Shown: piece after piece, positions 11,591 to 20,767 of the stretch
How positions within the stretch are numbered: position 1 is the stretch's first letter
How the letters are laid out: every line of letters begins with the position of its first letter
Notes under the pieces: generated by a model
Database searches by the model: none
Told to the model about the DNA's origin: nothing
The model's input: the letters and a program-made list of their open reading frames with translations, nothing else
DNA from: Flavobacteriales bacterium UBA5422
Lineage (GTDB): Bacteria; Bacteroidota; Bacteroidia; Flavobacteriales_D; Crocinitomicaceae
Assembly: GCA_002409405.1 (NCBI GenBank)
Contig: DHNG01000030.1
Span: 46,579 to 110,578, forward strand
DNA length: 64,000 bases
Direction: 5' to 3'
Translations under genes and position numbers: made by a program

Positions 11591-11617
11591 TGAACCTTTT
11601 TTCAAGTTCTGAGTATT
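11591..11617 (+). promoter_or_regulatory. Candidate ECF-sigma promoter
   Basis: TGAACC-N16-GTATT about 50 nt upstream of the operon containing the ECF sigma; the AAC core matches ECF -35 elements. Confidence 0.4.
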
Positions 11618-11667
11618 CTTGTCAAACCATACTTTTTTGCGCAATAAAAGTTTTAAAGAAAAACAAC

Positions 11668-12816
11668 ATGAGAAAAATAATTTTTGCCTTTATTCTAATC
11701 GGTTTTCAGCACGCAACTGCACAGAAACCGGAATTGGTTCACAGTATTGCAAAAGAATGGAAAGAAGAAAGCTGGTACCTGGATCAACAAAAAGCATGGA
11801 AAAAAGAAATCGATAAAAACAAACAAAACCAGGAAGCCTGGATGAATTATTATGCAGCAACCAGGGCATTAAGTAATATCACGGGGGGGCGTCCGAACAA
11901 CTACCATCAGCAACGCAAACAGATTGTAGAAGAAGTCAACAAAGTGATTCCGAAAACATATGCTGCTTATTTTCTTACTTATTCCGATAAGGACATCAAC
12001 AATGGTGGAGAGGAATTACTAAAGGCTGCCGCGATCAATGACAAGGATCCCCGGATTTGGGATGAACTGATGATTCATTATAAAATAGAAGGAGATGAAG
12101 CAAAACACCGTCAGTATGCACAACGAATGTTCCAGGGAAATGAATTGTCTGCTTCCATTCTGAACTGGGCATACAATTTACTGGCAGAACTTGAGCCGAA
12201 TGCGATCATCGTTACACATGGTGATAATGATACATATGCCGCATGGATCGTTCAGGCAGCTCTTGATTTTCGTACAGATGTTACTGTTATTAACAAATAC
12301 CTTTTCAATAGCACAGATGCATACCGAAACCGTTTATTAAAGTCGTGGGGATATCCGGCATTGGCAGTAGAAACCAACTCATTAAAAACAGAGAGCGAGG
12401 TAGCAGCAGCAGATTTAAATATATGGAAGCATGTGTTCAACGGAAACCGGCCGGTGTATATTGCCACAAGCGGGATCCGTTCTTTTGAAGAAAACTGGAA
12501 AGACAACCTGTATCTGACAGGGCTTGCTTACCGTTATTCCGAAGATCCGATTGACAATCTGAGCATTATAAAACGCAACTATGAAACCCGTTATTTACTG
12601 GATCACCTGAAGCAGTCTTTCGAGTACCATATTATGAATCAGACAAGTGATTTTTTCCTGGGAACCTATCTGCCATCTATGATTCGACTGTATGAGCATT
12701 ATAAAATCAGTGAAGATATAACGATGAAAGAAAAATATGCGTCTTTGATTCGACTGGTTGCCGAAAAAAGCGGGCAACAAGAAGAGATCAATAAACTGAT
12801 AATTCTGAACGAATGA
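11668..12816 (+). CDS. Exported protein with helical N-terminus and DUF2723/TMEM260-like C-terminal motif
   Basis: Signal peptide ending TA-Q; AYNLL...PNAIIVTHGDNDTY..W.VQ....FRTDVTVIN motif. Confidence 0.65.
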   Translation: MRKIIFAFILIGFQHATAQKPELVHSIAKEWKEESWYLDQQKAWKKEIDKNKQNQEAWMNYYAATRALSNITGGRPNNYHQQRKQIVEEVNKVIPKTYAAYFLTYSDKDINNGGEELLKAAAINDKDPRIWDELMIHYKIEGDEAKHRQYAQRMFQGNELSASILNWAYNLLAELEPNAIIVTHGDNDTYAAWIVQAALDFRTDVTVINKYLFNSTDAYRNRLLKSWGYPALAVETNSLKTESEVAAADLNIWKHVFNGNRPVYIATSGIRSFEENWKDNLYLTGLAYRYSEDPIDNLSIIKRNYETRYLLDHLKQSFEYHIMNQTSDFFLGTYLPSMIRLYEHYKISEDITMKEKYASLIRLVAEKSGQQEEINKLIILNE

Positions 12817-13625
12817 AAAACATACTGATCATACTCATATCTCTCACGTTTACATCTGTTTCGTACGCATTGAAACCCGACAGAGTTTATAATTTGACTC
12901 CCGACTCTCTGGGTTTGGATTATACAATGTATCTCATTGAAACACCTGACAAAGCCAAGATAAAGGTGTGGTTTTTAAATGCACACGATAGTGTTGACAA
13001 TGGAAATACGCTCATCTTAAGTTATGGAGATGCCGGAAACATGTCTTATTGGTTAAATCAGGCAGTTGTATTGAATCAAAACGGTTACTCCGTTGTACTA
13101 TTTGATTACAGAGGTTTTGGGGGAAGTTCCGATTTTGAAATGAATCCAAACCAATTGTATTACAATGAATTTTCTACTGATTTAATCTCCGTCATCAAAT
13201 GGAGCAAACAAAACTTAAGTTATAACAAATTGGGATTGTTATCGTTTTCCATGGGTACAATTATGAGTACTATTGCAGCTCAAACAGAACAGGTAGATTT
13301 TATCGTTGGGGAAGGATTTGTATTCAGTCCTGCAGCTATTCAAGCAAAAATTTTTCAGTTGAAACAAAAGGAAATTATACTTCCATCTAACAGTGATGAA
13401 TATGAACACCTGATCAAAAAAATTGAGGTTCCGATGTTGTTGTATAGCGGGAGTAAGGATGTGTTTACAACATTAATTGACAGCAAAGAGATTGTCTCAC
13501 AAAAAGCAAATCGAACATTAATTGAATTTGCTGGAAATCACCTGGAAGGATTCAGTGTTTTGTCAAAAAGTTATTACGGTGAATTATATGTTGCTGAACT
13601 AGACAATTTTATTCAAAAGATTTAG
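12813..13625 (+). CDS. Exported alpha/beta hydrolase
   Basis: YGDAGN, FDYRGFGGS, SFSMG nucleophile elbow, GSKD, C-terminal GNH; ATGA overlap with the upstream gene. Confidence 0.85.
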   Translation: MKNILIILISLTFTSVSYALKPDRVYNLTPDSLGLDYTMYLIETPDKAKIKVWFLNAHDSVDNGNTLILSYGDAGNMSYWLNQAVVLNQNGYSVVLFDYRGFGGSSDFEMNPNQLYYNEFSTDLISVIKWSKQNLSYNKLGLLSFSMGTIMSTIAAQTEQVDFIVGEGFVFSPAAIQAKIFQLKQKEIILPSNSDEYEHLIKKIEVPMLLYSGSKDVFTTLIDSKEIVSQKANRTLIEFAGNHLEGFSVLSKSYYGELYVAELDNFIQKI

Positions 13626-13657
13626 TTCAACTGTAAACTTATATCTGAACGTAATTT

Positions 13658-14245
13658 ATGCAAGATATTAAAAGACAAAGTGATGAAGAATTGATGGCTT
13701 TGATAAAGAGCCATCAATCTCATTTTGCCTTAACGGAACTACACAAAAGATACAGTCGAAAACTGTTGGGTTACTTCATTAAAATGCTGAATCGCGACGA
13801 ACACCTTGCCCAAGATTTCGTTCAGGAGTTATTTTTAAAGATCTGGGAAAAAAGTCAGCTTTTCCAGGAAGACAAAAAGTTCTATACCTGGCTGTTTACA
13901 ATTGCTTCCAACATGTGTAAAACGCATTACCGGAATCACTATCGGGTGGTATCTGAAGACATGACACGTCCCGTGTTCGACAGGAACGTTTTTCAGGAAA
14001 ATCTAACGGATAAAACACACTTTGAAGAGGCTCTCAAGCTCGGTATTGACTCACTCGAGCTTGCTCATAAAACTGTTTTTATTTTGCGGTATTTGGAACA
14101 ATTCCCACTACAGGAAATAGCGGAAATTACGGAAACACCTGTCGGAACAGTTAAATCCCGGTTATTCTATGCAACACGAAAGGTAGCTGAAAACCTGAAG
14201 GCTTTTAACCCGAAGTACGAAGAACATTTATTTAAAATCAGTTGA
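13658..14245 (+). CDS. ECF-type RNA polymerase sigma-70 factor
   Basis: Region 2 AQDFVQELFLKIW...FYTWLFTIASN; region 4 EIAEITETPVGTVKSRLFYA. Confidence 0.93.
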   Translation: MQDIKRQSDEELMALIKSHQSHFALTELHKRYSRKLLGYFIKMLNRDEHLAQDFVQELFLKIWEKSQLFQEDKKFYTWLFTIASNMCKTHYRNHYRVVSEDMTRPVFDRNVFQENLTDKTHFEEALKLGIDSLELAHKTVFILRYLEQFPLQEIAEITETPVGTVKSRLFYATRKVAENLKAFNPKYEEHLFKIS

Positions 14246-14247
14246 TT

Positions 14248-14826
14248 ATGGAACACATCCCTGTTGAACTAATTGATTTACTGGAATCTGTATCATTTGA
14301 TGCATTGTCCCCGGAACAACGTAAGCTTGTTTTGAAATGGATGACTGAAGAAGAATACCATACACATCAGAAAATCATCCGAAGCGTATCTGAATTGGAC
14401 TATCTGGTTCCGGAAGCAGCTCCATTAGCGATTACTAATTTCCGTCAACCATTCTGGAAAAGACCGGTTCCCTTATGGCAGGCCGTCAGCAGTATTGCAG
14501 CAGTACTATTACTCTTCTTTTTTCTGCCCCGACAACCTGAGTCAGTCACTACTGTTTCTCAAGCATCACCAGTTGTACAAATTGTTCATGATACCGTTGT
14601 AAAGCAACTTCCTCCGGATACTATTTTTACTGTTGCCACACGTTGGATCATCGATACTGTCTATAGTAGTTCTACGTTGGTTCAGGAACTACCGCAACGA
14701 ATTCTGGAGGCTCCTAACAACCTGTACATTCCGTTGAAGGATGCCCTTGCCGGAGTTTCAAGCATGTCATTAAAGGAGGAAAAAAACAGGATTTCAATTC
14801 CAGAAGCTATCCGGGTTCAATTCTAG
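14248..14826 (+). CDS. Putative membrane-anchored anti-sigma factor
   Basis: Immediately after the ECF gene; short cytoplasmic N-terminus, TM helix (WQAVSSIAAVLLLFFFL), periplasmic tail with HDTV/DTI/DTV repeats. Confidence 0.6.
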   Translation: MEHIPVELIDLLESVSFDALSPEQRKLVLKWMTEEEYHTHQKIIRSVSELDYLVPEAAPLAITNFRQPFWKRPVPLWQAVSSIAAVLLLFFFLPRQPESVTTVSQASPVVQIVHDTVVKQLPPDTIFTVATRWIIDTVYSSSTLVQELPQRILEAPNNLYIPLKDALAGVSSMSLKEEKNRISIPEAIRVQF

Positions 14827-14965
14827 TTCTGTGTTTTTCAACTTACCGGTTATTTTTTCAATTTGAAAAACAAAAAATAATCTAACAAATTGATTTAAAG
14901 ATAATTGATTTTAGGGGTTGATTTTTGTATCTACTCTATTGGTTTATTAAATTAATGGAAATAGT

Positions 14966-15493
14966 ATGAAAGCAATTGTTCGTATAGCAATCGGAAGCGC
15001 GATTGTAATCACAGGGTTGATGGGGTGTAAAAAAGAAGAGGGAGGAACATCCCGATTAACTGTTAAGATGATAGATGCACCCGGAGATTTCCAGCAAGTG
15101 AATGTAGAGGTATTACAGGTAAAAGTTCATCACGAAGTGGGTGGATGGATAGACCTTCCGACCAATGCAGGTGTGTATGATTTACTTACACTGCAACATG
15201 ACGTTTCTGCCACATTGGTCAACGGAGGAGATCTTCCTGCAGGAAAAATCAATCAGCTACGTTTGGTATTGGGTGGGAATAATACAGTAATGGTGGACAG
15301 TATTATCCATCCGTTGGCGACACCTTCCGCTCAGATGTCAGGATTGAAAATCAATTTGAACCACACATTTTCTCCCAATCATCTATACCAACTGGTTGTT
15401 GATTTTGAGGCCGGAAACAGTATCGTGGAACAAGGTAACGGATCTTATTCCTTAAAACCTGTCATCAAAGTTGAATCAATTATTCCGTTGTAA
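14966..15493 (+). CDS. DUF4382-family lipoprotein
   Basis: Lipobox LMG-C, motifs V.MIDAP, YDLLTL, QLRLVLG, TPSAQ.SGLKI, VDF.A..SIV..GNG.Y.LKPVI. Confidence 0.85.
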   Translation: MKAIVRIAIGSAIVITGLMGCKKEEGGTSRLTVKMIDAPGDFQQVNVEVLQVKVHHEVGGWIDLPTNAGVYDLLTLQHDVSATLVNGGDLPAGKINQLRLVLGGNNTVMVDSIIHPLATPSAQMSGLKINLNHTFSPNHLYQLVVDFEAGNSIVEQGNGSYSLKPVIKVESIIPL

Positions 15494-16501
15494 TTATTCC
15501 TTTTCCATCAGGCTCAACGCTTTTTCCACCATCAGTTTTGAACCGACGAAGTAAGGAACACGCTGGTGTAATTTCTCCGGCTGAATGGATAAGATACGTT
15601 CGAAACCAGTTGAGGCAATTCCGCCGGATTGTTCTGCAATAAATGCCAACGGATTGCATTCGTACATCAAGCGCAGTTTCCCGCTGGGATCATTGGTCGT
15701 TGCCGGGTAAATGTATATTCCTCCTTTGATCAGGTTTCTGTGGAAATCAGCAACTAACGACCCGATATAGCGACCGGAATACGGTTTTCCTGTTTGATTC
15801 TCATCGCTCTGGCAGTACTCCACATATTTCTTGATTCCGGGATTACAAATGTGAATATTCCCTTCATTCATGGCATAGATTCGTCCTATTTCCGGCATTT
15901 TCATGTTCGGATGCGACAGGCAAAATTCACCAATGGAAGGATCCAATGTAAATCCGTTGACGCCTCTACCTGTTGTATAAACCAACATGGTGGAAGAACC
16001 ATACAAGACATATCCTGCTGCTACTTGTTCATGTCCCGGTTGTAAAAAATCTTCTTCTACAGCCACTGTCCCCACTTCAGATTTCCGTCTGTAGATGGAA
16101 AAAATTGTTCCGATAGAAACGTTGACATCAATATTAGAAGAGCCGTCCAACGGATCAAATAACACTACATATTTCCCGTTTCTTCCTTTTTCGTCATCGA
16201 AAATAACACAGTCATCATTTTCTTCAGAGGCAATTCCACAGACTTCCGCTCCGTTTTTGAATACGTGGATGAACTGCTCATCTGCCACAACATCTAATTT
16301 CTGTTGCTCTTCACCCTGCACATTTGTATTTCCCTGAGCACCCAGAATGTGATCAACCAGACCTGCTTTACGCACATCGCGGCTAACAACTTTGGAAGCA
16401 AATACGATATCGTACAATAAGCGGGATAATTCACCTGAAGCAAATGGAAAATCTGCCTGTTTTTCCATGATGAATTCCTGAAGCGTTACAACTTTAGACA
16501 T
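15494..16501 (-). CDS. fbp: Class 1 fructose-1,6-bisphosphatase
   Basis: [53 protein letters not shown]. Confidence 0.97.
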   Translation of the reverse strand: MSKVVTLQEFIMEKQADFPFASGELSRLLYDIVFASKVVSRDVRKAGLVDHILGAQGNTNVQGEEQQKLDVVADEQFIHVFKNGAEVCGIASEENDDCVIFDDEKGRNGKYVVLFDPLDGSSNIDVNVSIGTIFSIYRRKSEVGTVAVEEDFLQPGHEQVAAGYVLYGSSTMLVYTTGRGVNGFTLDPSIGEFCLSHPNMKMPEIGRIYAMNEGNIHICNPGIKKYVEYCQSDENQTGKPYSGRYIGSLVADFHRNLIKGGIYIYPATTNDPSGKLRLMYECNPLAFIAEQSGGIASTGFERILSIQPEKLHQRVPYFVGSKLMVEKALSLMEKE

Positions 16502-16573
16502 AAGAAAATTTTTTTGCAAAGATAGGTTTAAATCGGGAAGATTGAAAGATTGTGTCTCATGAATCCTGAATTA

Positions 16574-17744
16574 TCAGAATGCCTCACCATTAAAGACATA
16601 GAAGTTGAGTCCTTCCTTTGTAAAACCAAAATCAAGGCGGATATAGATGTCTTTTTTAGGAAAGACCAGAAACCGGAATCCTATTCCGCAAGCAACTCTC
16701 AGTCGCTTGATTTGAAAGCTATTGAGATCCGGAGCAACCGTACCGGCAGAAACAAAGGCAACTGCTCCAAACCGCTTGCTGAACGGAAATGGTAACATCC
16801 GGTATTCCAGCTGTGCTGCAATCAGGTTTTTATCCCGGTAACGCCCAAGGTAGTATCCCCGCATCAACCGGTCTCCTCCCAATAATGCCAGTTGATTGAA
16901 CGGAACATCTCCATGCATGAATTGCCCTTTGACCTGCCATGCTATAACACTGCTTTTCCCAACCGGATGGTAGGAACGTACATCGAGATTAACTCCTCCA
17001 AATCCGTATTCACTGGCAAATCCTTTCACGGTTGTCAGGTAGGCAATTTCACCAAACAGTCCTTTTTCGTACATTGAGTACATTGTGCCTGCTGTCATAC
17101 ACAAATCCCAGTCCGAAGCCCAGATTTTGGGTTCCGTCGGCTCCCAATGGTATTTCGTGCAGGTTTCCGTCAGCCGGTTGTTTAAAGGTAACATTGGACA
17201 GTAACTGGTAATCTACTTCCGGTCCAAAAAAGAAGTTCTTATGAATTTTCCGTAACACCCGCTGCTTAAGTAAAAGCTGGAAAGCATCTACATAGGCAGG
17301 ATCTTTTCCGGAGGTAACAGGGCCTATTCCGTAATACGAAAGCGGAAAACGCTGAATTTTTGTTTCCCCCAGGAAAAACCAGTTATCCTCATTTCCGTAA
17401 ATGGCATTCTCAAAGATGATTCCGTATTGTCCTTTAATGGTAAAAAATGGAAACGCCTGTAATTCACTCAGTCGGTTGCGTGGATCTTTTTTTGCATAAA
17501 ATAATCTCAGAAGGGATGCTCCAATCTGCAACCCGGTTTCCGGAGAGGAGGCAAAAGTGGGATAGACAATAAATGTGGCTTTGTGGGATTCCGATGTGTC
17601 ATTGATAATAGAATTTGCATAGCGCCAGATTTTTGTATCTCTGAATTTTTTTTGCGCATTTGCTTCTTGTATTCCAATACCAAAAATCAGAAAAATGAGT
17701 GTGATTATTTTAACTGCCTGCACCTTATCTTTTCGGAAGATCAT
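16574..17744 (-). pseudogene. Omp85/BamA-TamA-like outer-membrane barrel split by one frameshift (or sequencing error)
   Basis: ORF 17049..17774 ends YDSRHNVLNVRK and ORF 16574..17194 continues GLFGEIAY...MRGYYLGRYRD...FYVFNGEAF (C-terminal Phe); removing one A from the A5 run at 17063-17067 fuses them. Confidence 0.8.
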
Positions 17745-17792
17745 CTGTTTGGTAAAAGAACATTGCAGCGACAAAATTGTATGGATTTGTTG

Positions 17793-18299
17793 TTAAAATA
17801 AATAGGTAATCAATTCATAGATCCATGCAAGGATTGCAAATAAGACATAAAAAATCAGAAAAACAACCACACAGAAAATGACCAGGATGGTAATAATGAT
17901 GCCGATCCCCGATCCGTTGTTTGTTCCTTCAAAATAATGTGATTTGAGTAATTCAATGTTTTTCGTATTTGCTTTGAAAAAGAAATCTCCAATTTTCCCA
18001 AGTAGCGGAATTGCCCCGATAATGGCATCCAGAAAAGCATTCAGCAACATTTTTATCACCACTTTTGGACTTACACCATTTCTGGCCATAATGACAATCA
18101 GGGAAACGGAAATTACAAACCCGATCACATCTCCCAAAAAAGGAATCAGATTGATGATCGGATCCAATCCAAAACGAAATCCCAGTCCGGGAATCCGGAA
18201 TTTTTCATCCAACCAGTACGATACGTTTTCAACGAATTCAAAATCTCGCCTGATTTGTTCATGGCGCTCTTTGTATTTGTTGTAGTGTTCTTTTTCCAT
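17793..18299 (-). CDS. DUF4112 membrane protein
   Basis: LDEKFRIPG..FRFGLDPII.LIP.LGD...KMLLN..LDAIIGAIP.LG.IGD.FFKAN.KN. Confidence 0.9.
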   Translation of the reverse strand: MEKEHYNKYKERHEQIRRDFEFVENVSYWLDEKFRIPGLGFRFGLDPIINLIPFLGDVIGFVISVSLIVIMARNGVSPKVVIKMLLNAFLDAIIGAIPLLGKIGDFFFKANTKNIELLKSHYFEGTNNGSGIGIIITILVIFCVVVFLIFYVLFAILAWIYELITYLF

Positions 18300-18326
18300 T
18301 TACTGGTACTTGCAGTAAACTTGTTT

Positions 18327-18794
18327 CTACCGCACAATAATAATTGTCGTTGAACGATTTTTTTCTTCTGAGAATTTCATTCCGTGAATCGCAACAAACT
18401 GTCGAACGGCATTTGCATCCAGTTTATTCTCATTGACAAGGTTGTAATCCAGAATATATTTCGCCAATTGTTTTTTAAATCCGTTGACCGGAATCTCACA
18501 TTTATCCAGGTTTTCATTCAGAAATGTGACATCAAAATAAGCAACTCTTCCTTTTGAATTAGAGGAAGAAATATACTTGGAATCATAGTAATCTACTACT
18601 TGAAACACTGCCATTCGTTGACCGTTCAAATCTTTCAGAATTTGCGTGTTTCCCATGTTCTGTCCTTCAAGGATAAAGACCGAAGTTCCATCGACAGATA
18701 CAACTTCGGTTTTTTTATCAACTTCAATCTTTTCTTTTTGAGCTATCAACAGCCCCGATCCAAACAGAAATACAACCATTAACAGTGTTCTCAT
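18327..18794 (-). CDS. Exported hypothetical protein
   Basis: 155 aa, signal peptide ending IA-Q. Confidence 0.7.
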   Translation of the reverse strand: MRTLLMVVFLFGSGLLIAQKEKIEVDKKTEVVSVDGTSVFILEGQNMGNTQILKDLNGQRMAVFQVVDYYDSKYISSSNSKGRVAYFDVTFLNENLDKCEIPVNGFKKQLAKYILDYNLVNENKLDANAVRQFVAIHGMKFSEEKNRSTTIIIVR

Positions 18795-18804
18795 TCAGAC
18801 AGAA

Positions 18805-20490
18805 TTATTTGATTAGTTTTCTATACTTCACGCGTTTCGGTCCTGTATCTCCCAATCGTTTCTTGCGGTTTTCTTCATATTCTGAATAGGATCCTTCAAA
18901 CCAATATACCTGAGAATCTCCCTCAAATGCAAGGATGTGTGTACAAATTCTATCCAGGAACCAACGGTCGTGGGAGATAACAACGGCACAACCCGCAAAG
19001 TTCTCAATTCCCTCTTCCAGCGCCCGCAGTGTGTTTACATCAATGTCATTTGTCGGCTCATCGAGCAACAAAACGTTGGCTTCTGTTTTCAATGTCATTG
19101 CCAGGTGTAACCGGTTTCTTTCTCCTCCGGAAAGTATCCCAACTTTTTTATTCTGATCCGAACCGTTGAAGTTGAATTTCGAAAGATATGCACGGGAGTT
19201 CACTTTTTGAGAACCGATTTCGACATATTCCAATCCGTTTGAAACCACTTCAAAGACTGTTTTATCCGGGTGAATGTCTTTGTGTGTCTGATCCACATAA
19301 CCGATTTTGACTGTTTCACCAACTTCGAAATTTCCGCCGTCCGGCATCAATTCTCCCATAATCATTTTGAAAATGGTTGTTTTACCGGCACCATTCGGTC
19401 CGATGATTCCTACGATTCCCGCAGGTGGCAACTTGAAGTTCAGATCGTCATACAGTAATTTATCTCCAAATGCTTTTGCTACATTGACTGCATCAATGAC
19501 ATTGGATCCAAGTCGTGGTCCGTTCGGAATCGGAATTTCCAATTTCGCTTCTTTGTCTTTTGCATCTTCTGCGAGCATTTTATCATAATTGGCTATTCTG
19601 GCCTTGTTTTTTGCGTGTCGTCCTTTCGGATTCATACGCACCCATTCCAACTCGCGGGCAAGTACTTTCTGACGCTTGGATTCTGTTTTCTCTTCCTCTG
19701 ACAGACGCTTTCCTTTTTGCTCCAACCAGGAAGTATAGTTTCCTTTCCACGGAATACCTTCTCCCCTGTCCAATTCCAAAATCCATCCTGCTACATTATC
19801 CAGGAAGTAACGGTCGTGGGTAACGGCAATAACTGTTCCTTTGTATTGTTGTAAGTGTTGTTCCAACCACTCGATTGATTCTGCATCCAAGTGGTTTGTC
19901 GGCTCATCGAGCAATAAGATGTCAGGATTTTGCAACAACAGTCGGCACAAAGCAACACGACGTTTTTCCCCTCCGGAAAGCGACTCAATCAACTGATCAT
20001 CGGGTGGGCAACGAAGTGCATCCATCGCACGTTCCAGTTTTGTATCTAATTCCCAAGCATCCAGTGCATCAATTTTATCCTGAACAACAGCCTGGCGAGC
20101 AATCAACTTATCCATTTTATCCGGATCATTCAGAATTTCTTCATCCATGAATGAGTTGTTGATTTCTTCGTATTCTTTCAATACATCCACTGTTTCCTGT
20201 GCACCTTCCATTGCAATTTCCTTCACCGTTTTCTTTGGATCCAACTCCGGTTCCTGTGGTAAGTATCCTACGGTGTATCCCGGAGAAAAAACTACATCAC
20301 CCTGGTACGACTGATCCAATCCTGCAATAATTTTCATCACAGTTGATTTTCCGGATCCATTCAAACCAATGATTCCGATTTTCGCTCCATAGAAGAATGA
20401 GAGGTAAATATCTTTTATAATTTGTTTTCCCTGGGGAGTCTGTTTTGAAACCCCCACCATTGAGAATATGATTTTTTTATCGTCTGACAT
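18805..20490 (-). CDS. ettA: Energy-dependent translational throttle protein (ABC-F)
   Basis: Two ABC domains (GLNGSGKST, GPNGAGKTT, LSGGE, LLDEPTN), ELEWVR linker, LSFFYGAKIG N-terminus, no TM segments. Confidence 0.95.
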   Translation of the reverse strand: MSDDKKIIFSMVGVSKQTPQGKQIIKDIYLSFFYGAKIGIIGLNGSGKSTVMKIIAGLDQSYQGDVVFSPGYTVGYLPQEPELDPKKTVKEIAMEGAQETVDVLKEYEEINNSFMDEEILNDPDKMDKLIARQAVVQDKIDALDAWELDTKLERAMDALRCPPDDQLIESLSGGEKRRVALCRLLLQNPDILLLDEPTNHLDAESIEWLEQHLQQYKGTVIAVTHDRYFLDNVAGWILELDRGEGIPWKGNYTSWLEQKGKRLSEEEKTESKRQKVLARELEWVRMNPKGRHAKNKARIANYDKMLAEDAKDKEAKLEIPIPNGPRLGSNVIDAVNVAKAFGDKLLYDDLNFKLPPAGIVGIIGPNGAGKTTIFKMIMGELMPDGGNFEVGETVKIGYVDQTHKDIHPDKTVFEVVSNGLEYVEIGSQKVNSRAYLSKFNFNGSDQNKKVGILSGGERNRLHLAMTLKTEANVLLLDEPTNDIDVNTLRALEEGIENFAGCAVVISHDRWFLDRICTHILAFEGDSQVYWFEGSYSEYEENRKKRLGDTGPKRVKYRKLIK

Positions 20491-20706
20491 AATTTTTACA
20501 CTTTGTACAAAGATAGAAAGAAAGCCCACTTATATGAATAAACGGGCTTTTTCTTTGAATCAATTAAAGGGGTTCTTTTATTCCGATTGTGCATTAGATT
20601 CTCTTCGGATTTTCGGTTTCTCCCCTTTTATATGATAGTTCGGTCTGTTTTAATGTTATAAATATAGAAAAAACCGATCATGACATACAGTAAGTTGTTG
20701 AATTTC

Positions 20707-20742
20707 AAAAAAAAGGACAGTCCATTATTGAACTGTCCTTTC
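20707..20742 (-). terminator. Intrinsic terminator
   Basis: A-tract-GGACAGT-ccattattga-ACTGTCC-TTT downstream of the PA-domain gene. Confidence 0.7.
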
Positions 20743-20767
20743 ATAGATGGATTGTTAAATCCCTATC

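Noticed and set aside
20515-20640. Hairpins upstream of ettA as a possible sRNA or attenuator
   Set aside because: They lie upstream of the TATCTTTG promoter box, pair imperfectly and match no RNA family I recognise.
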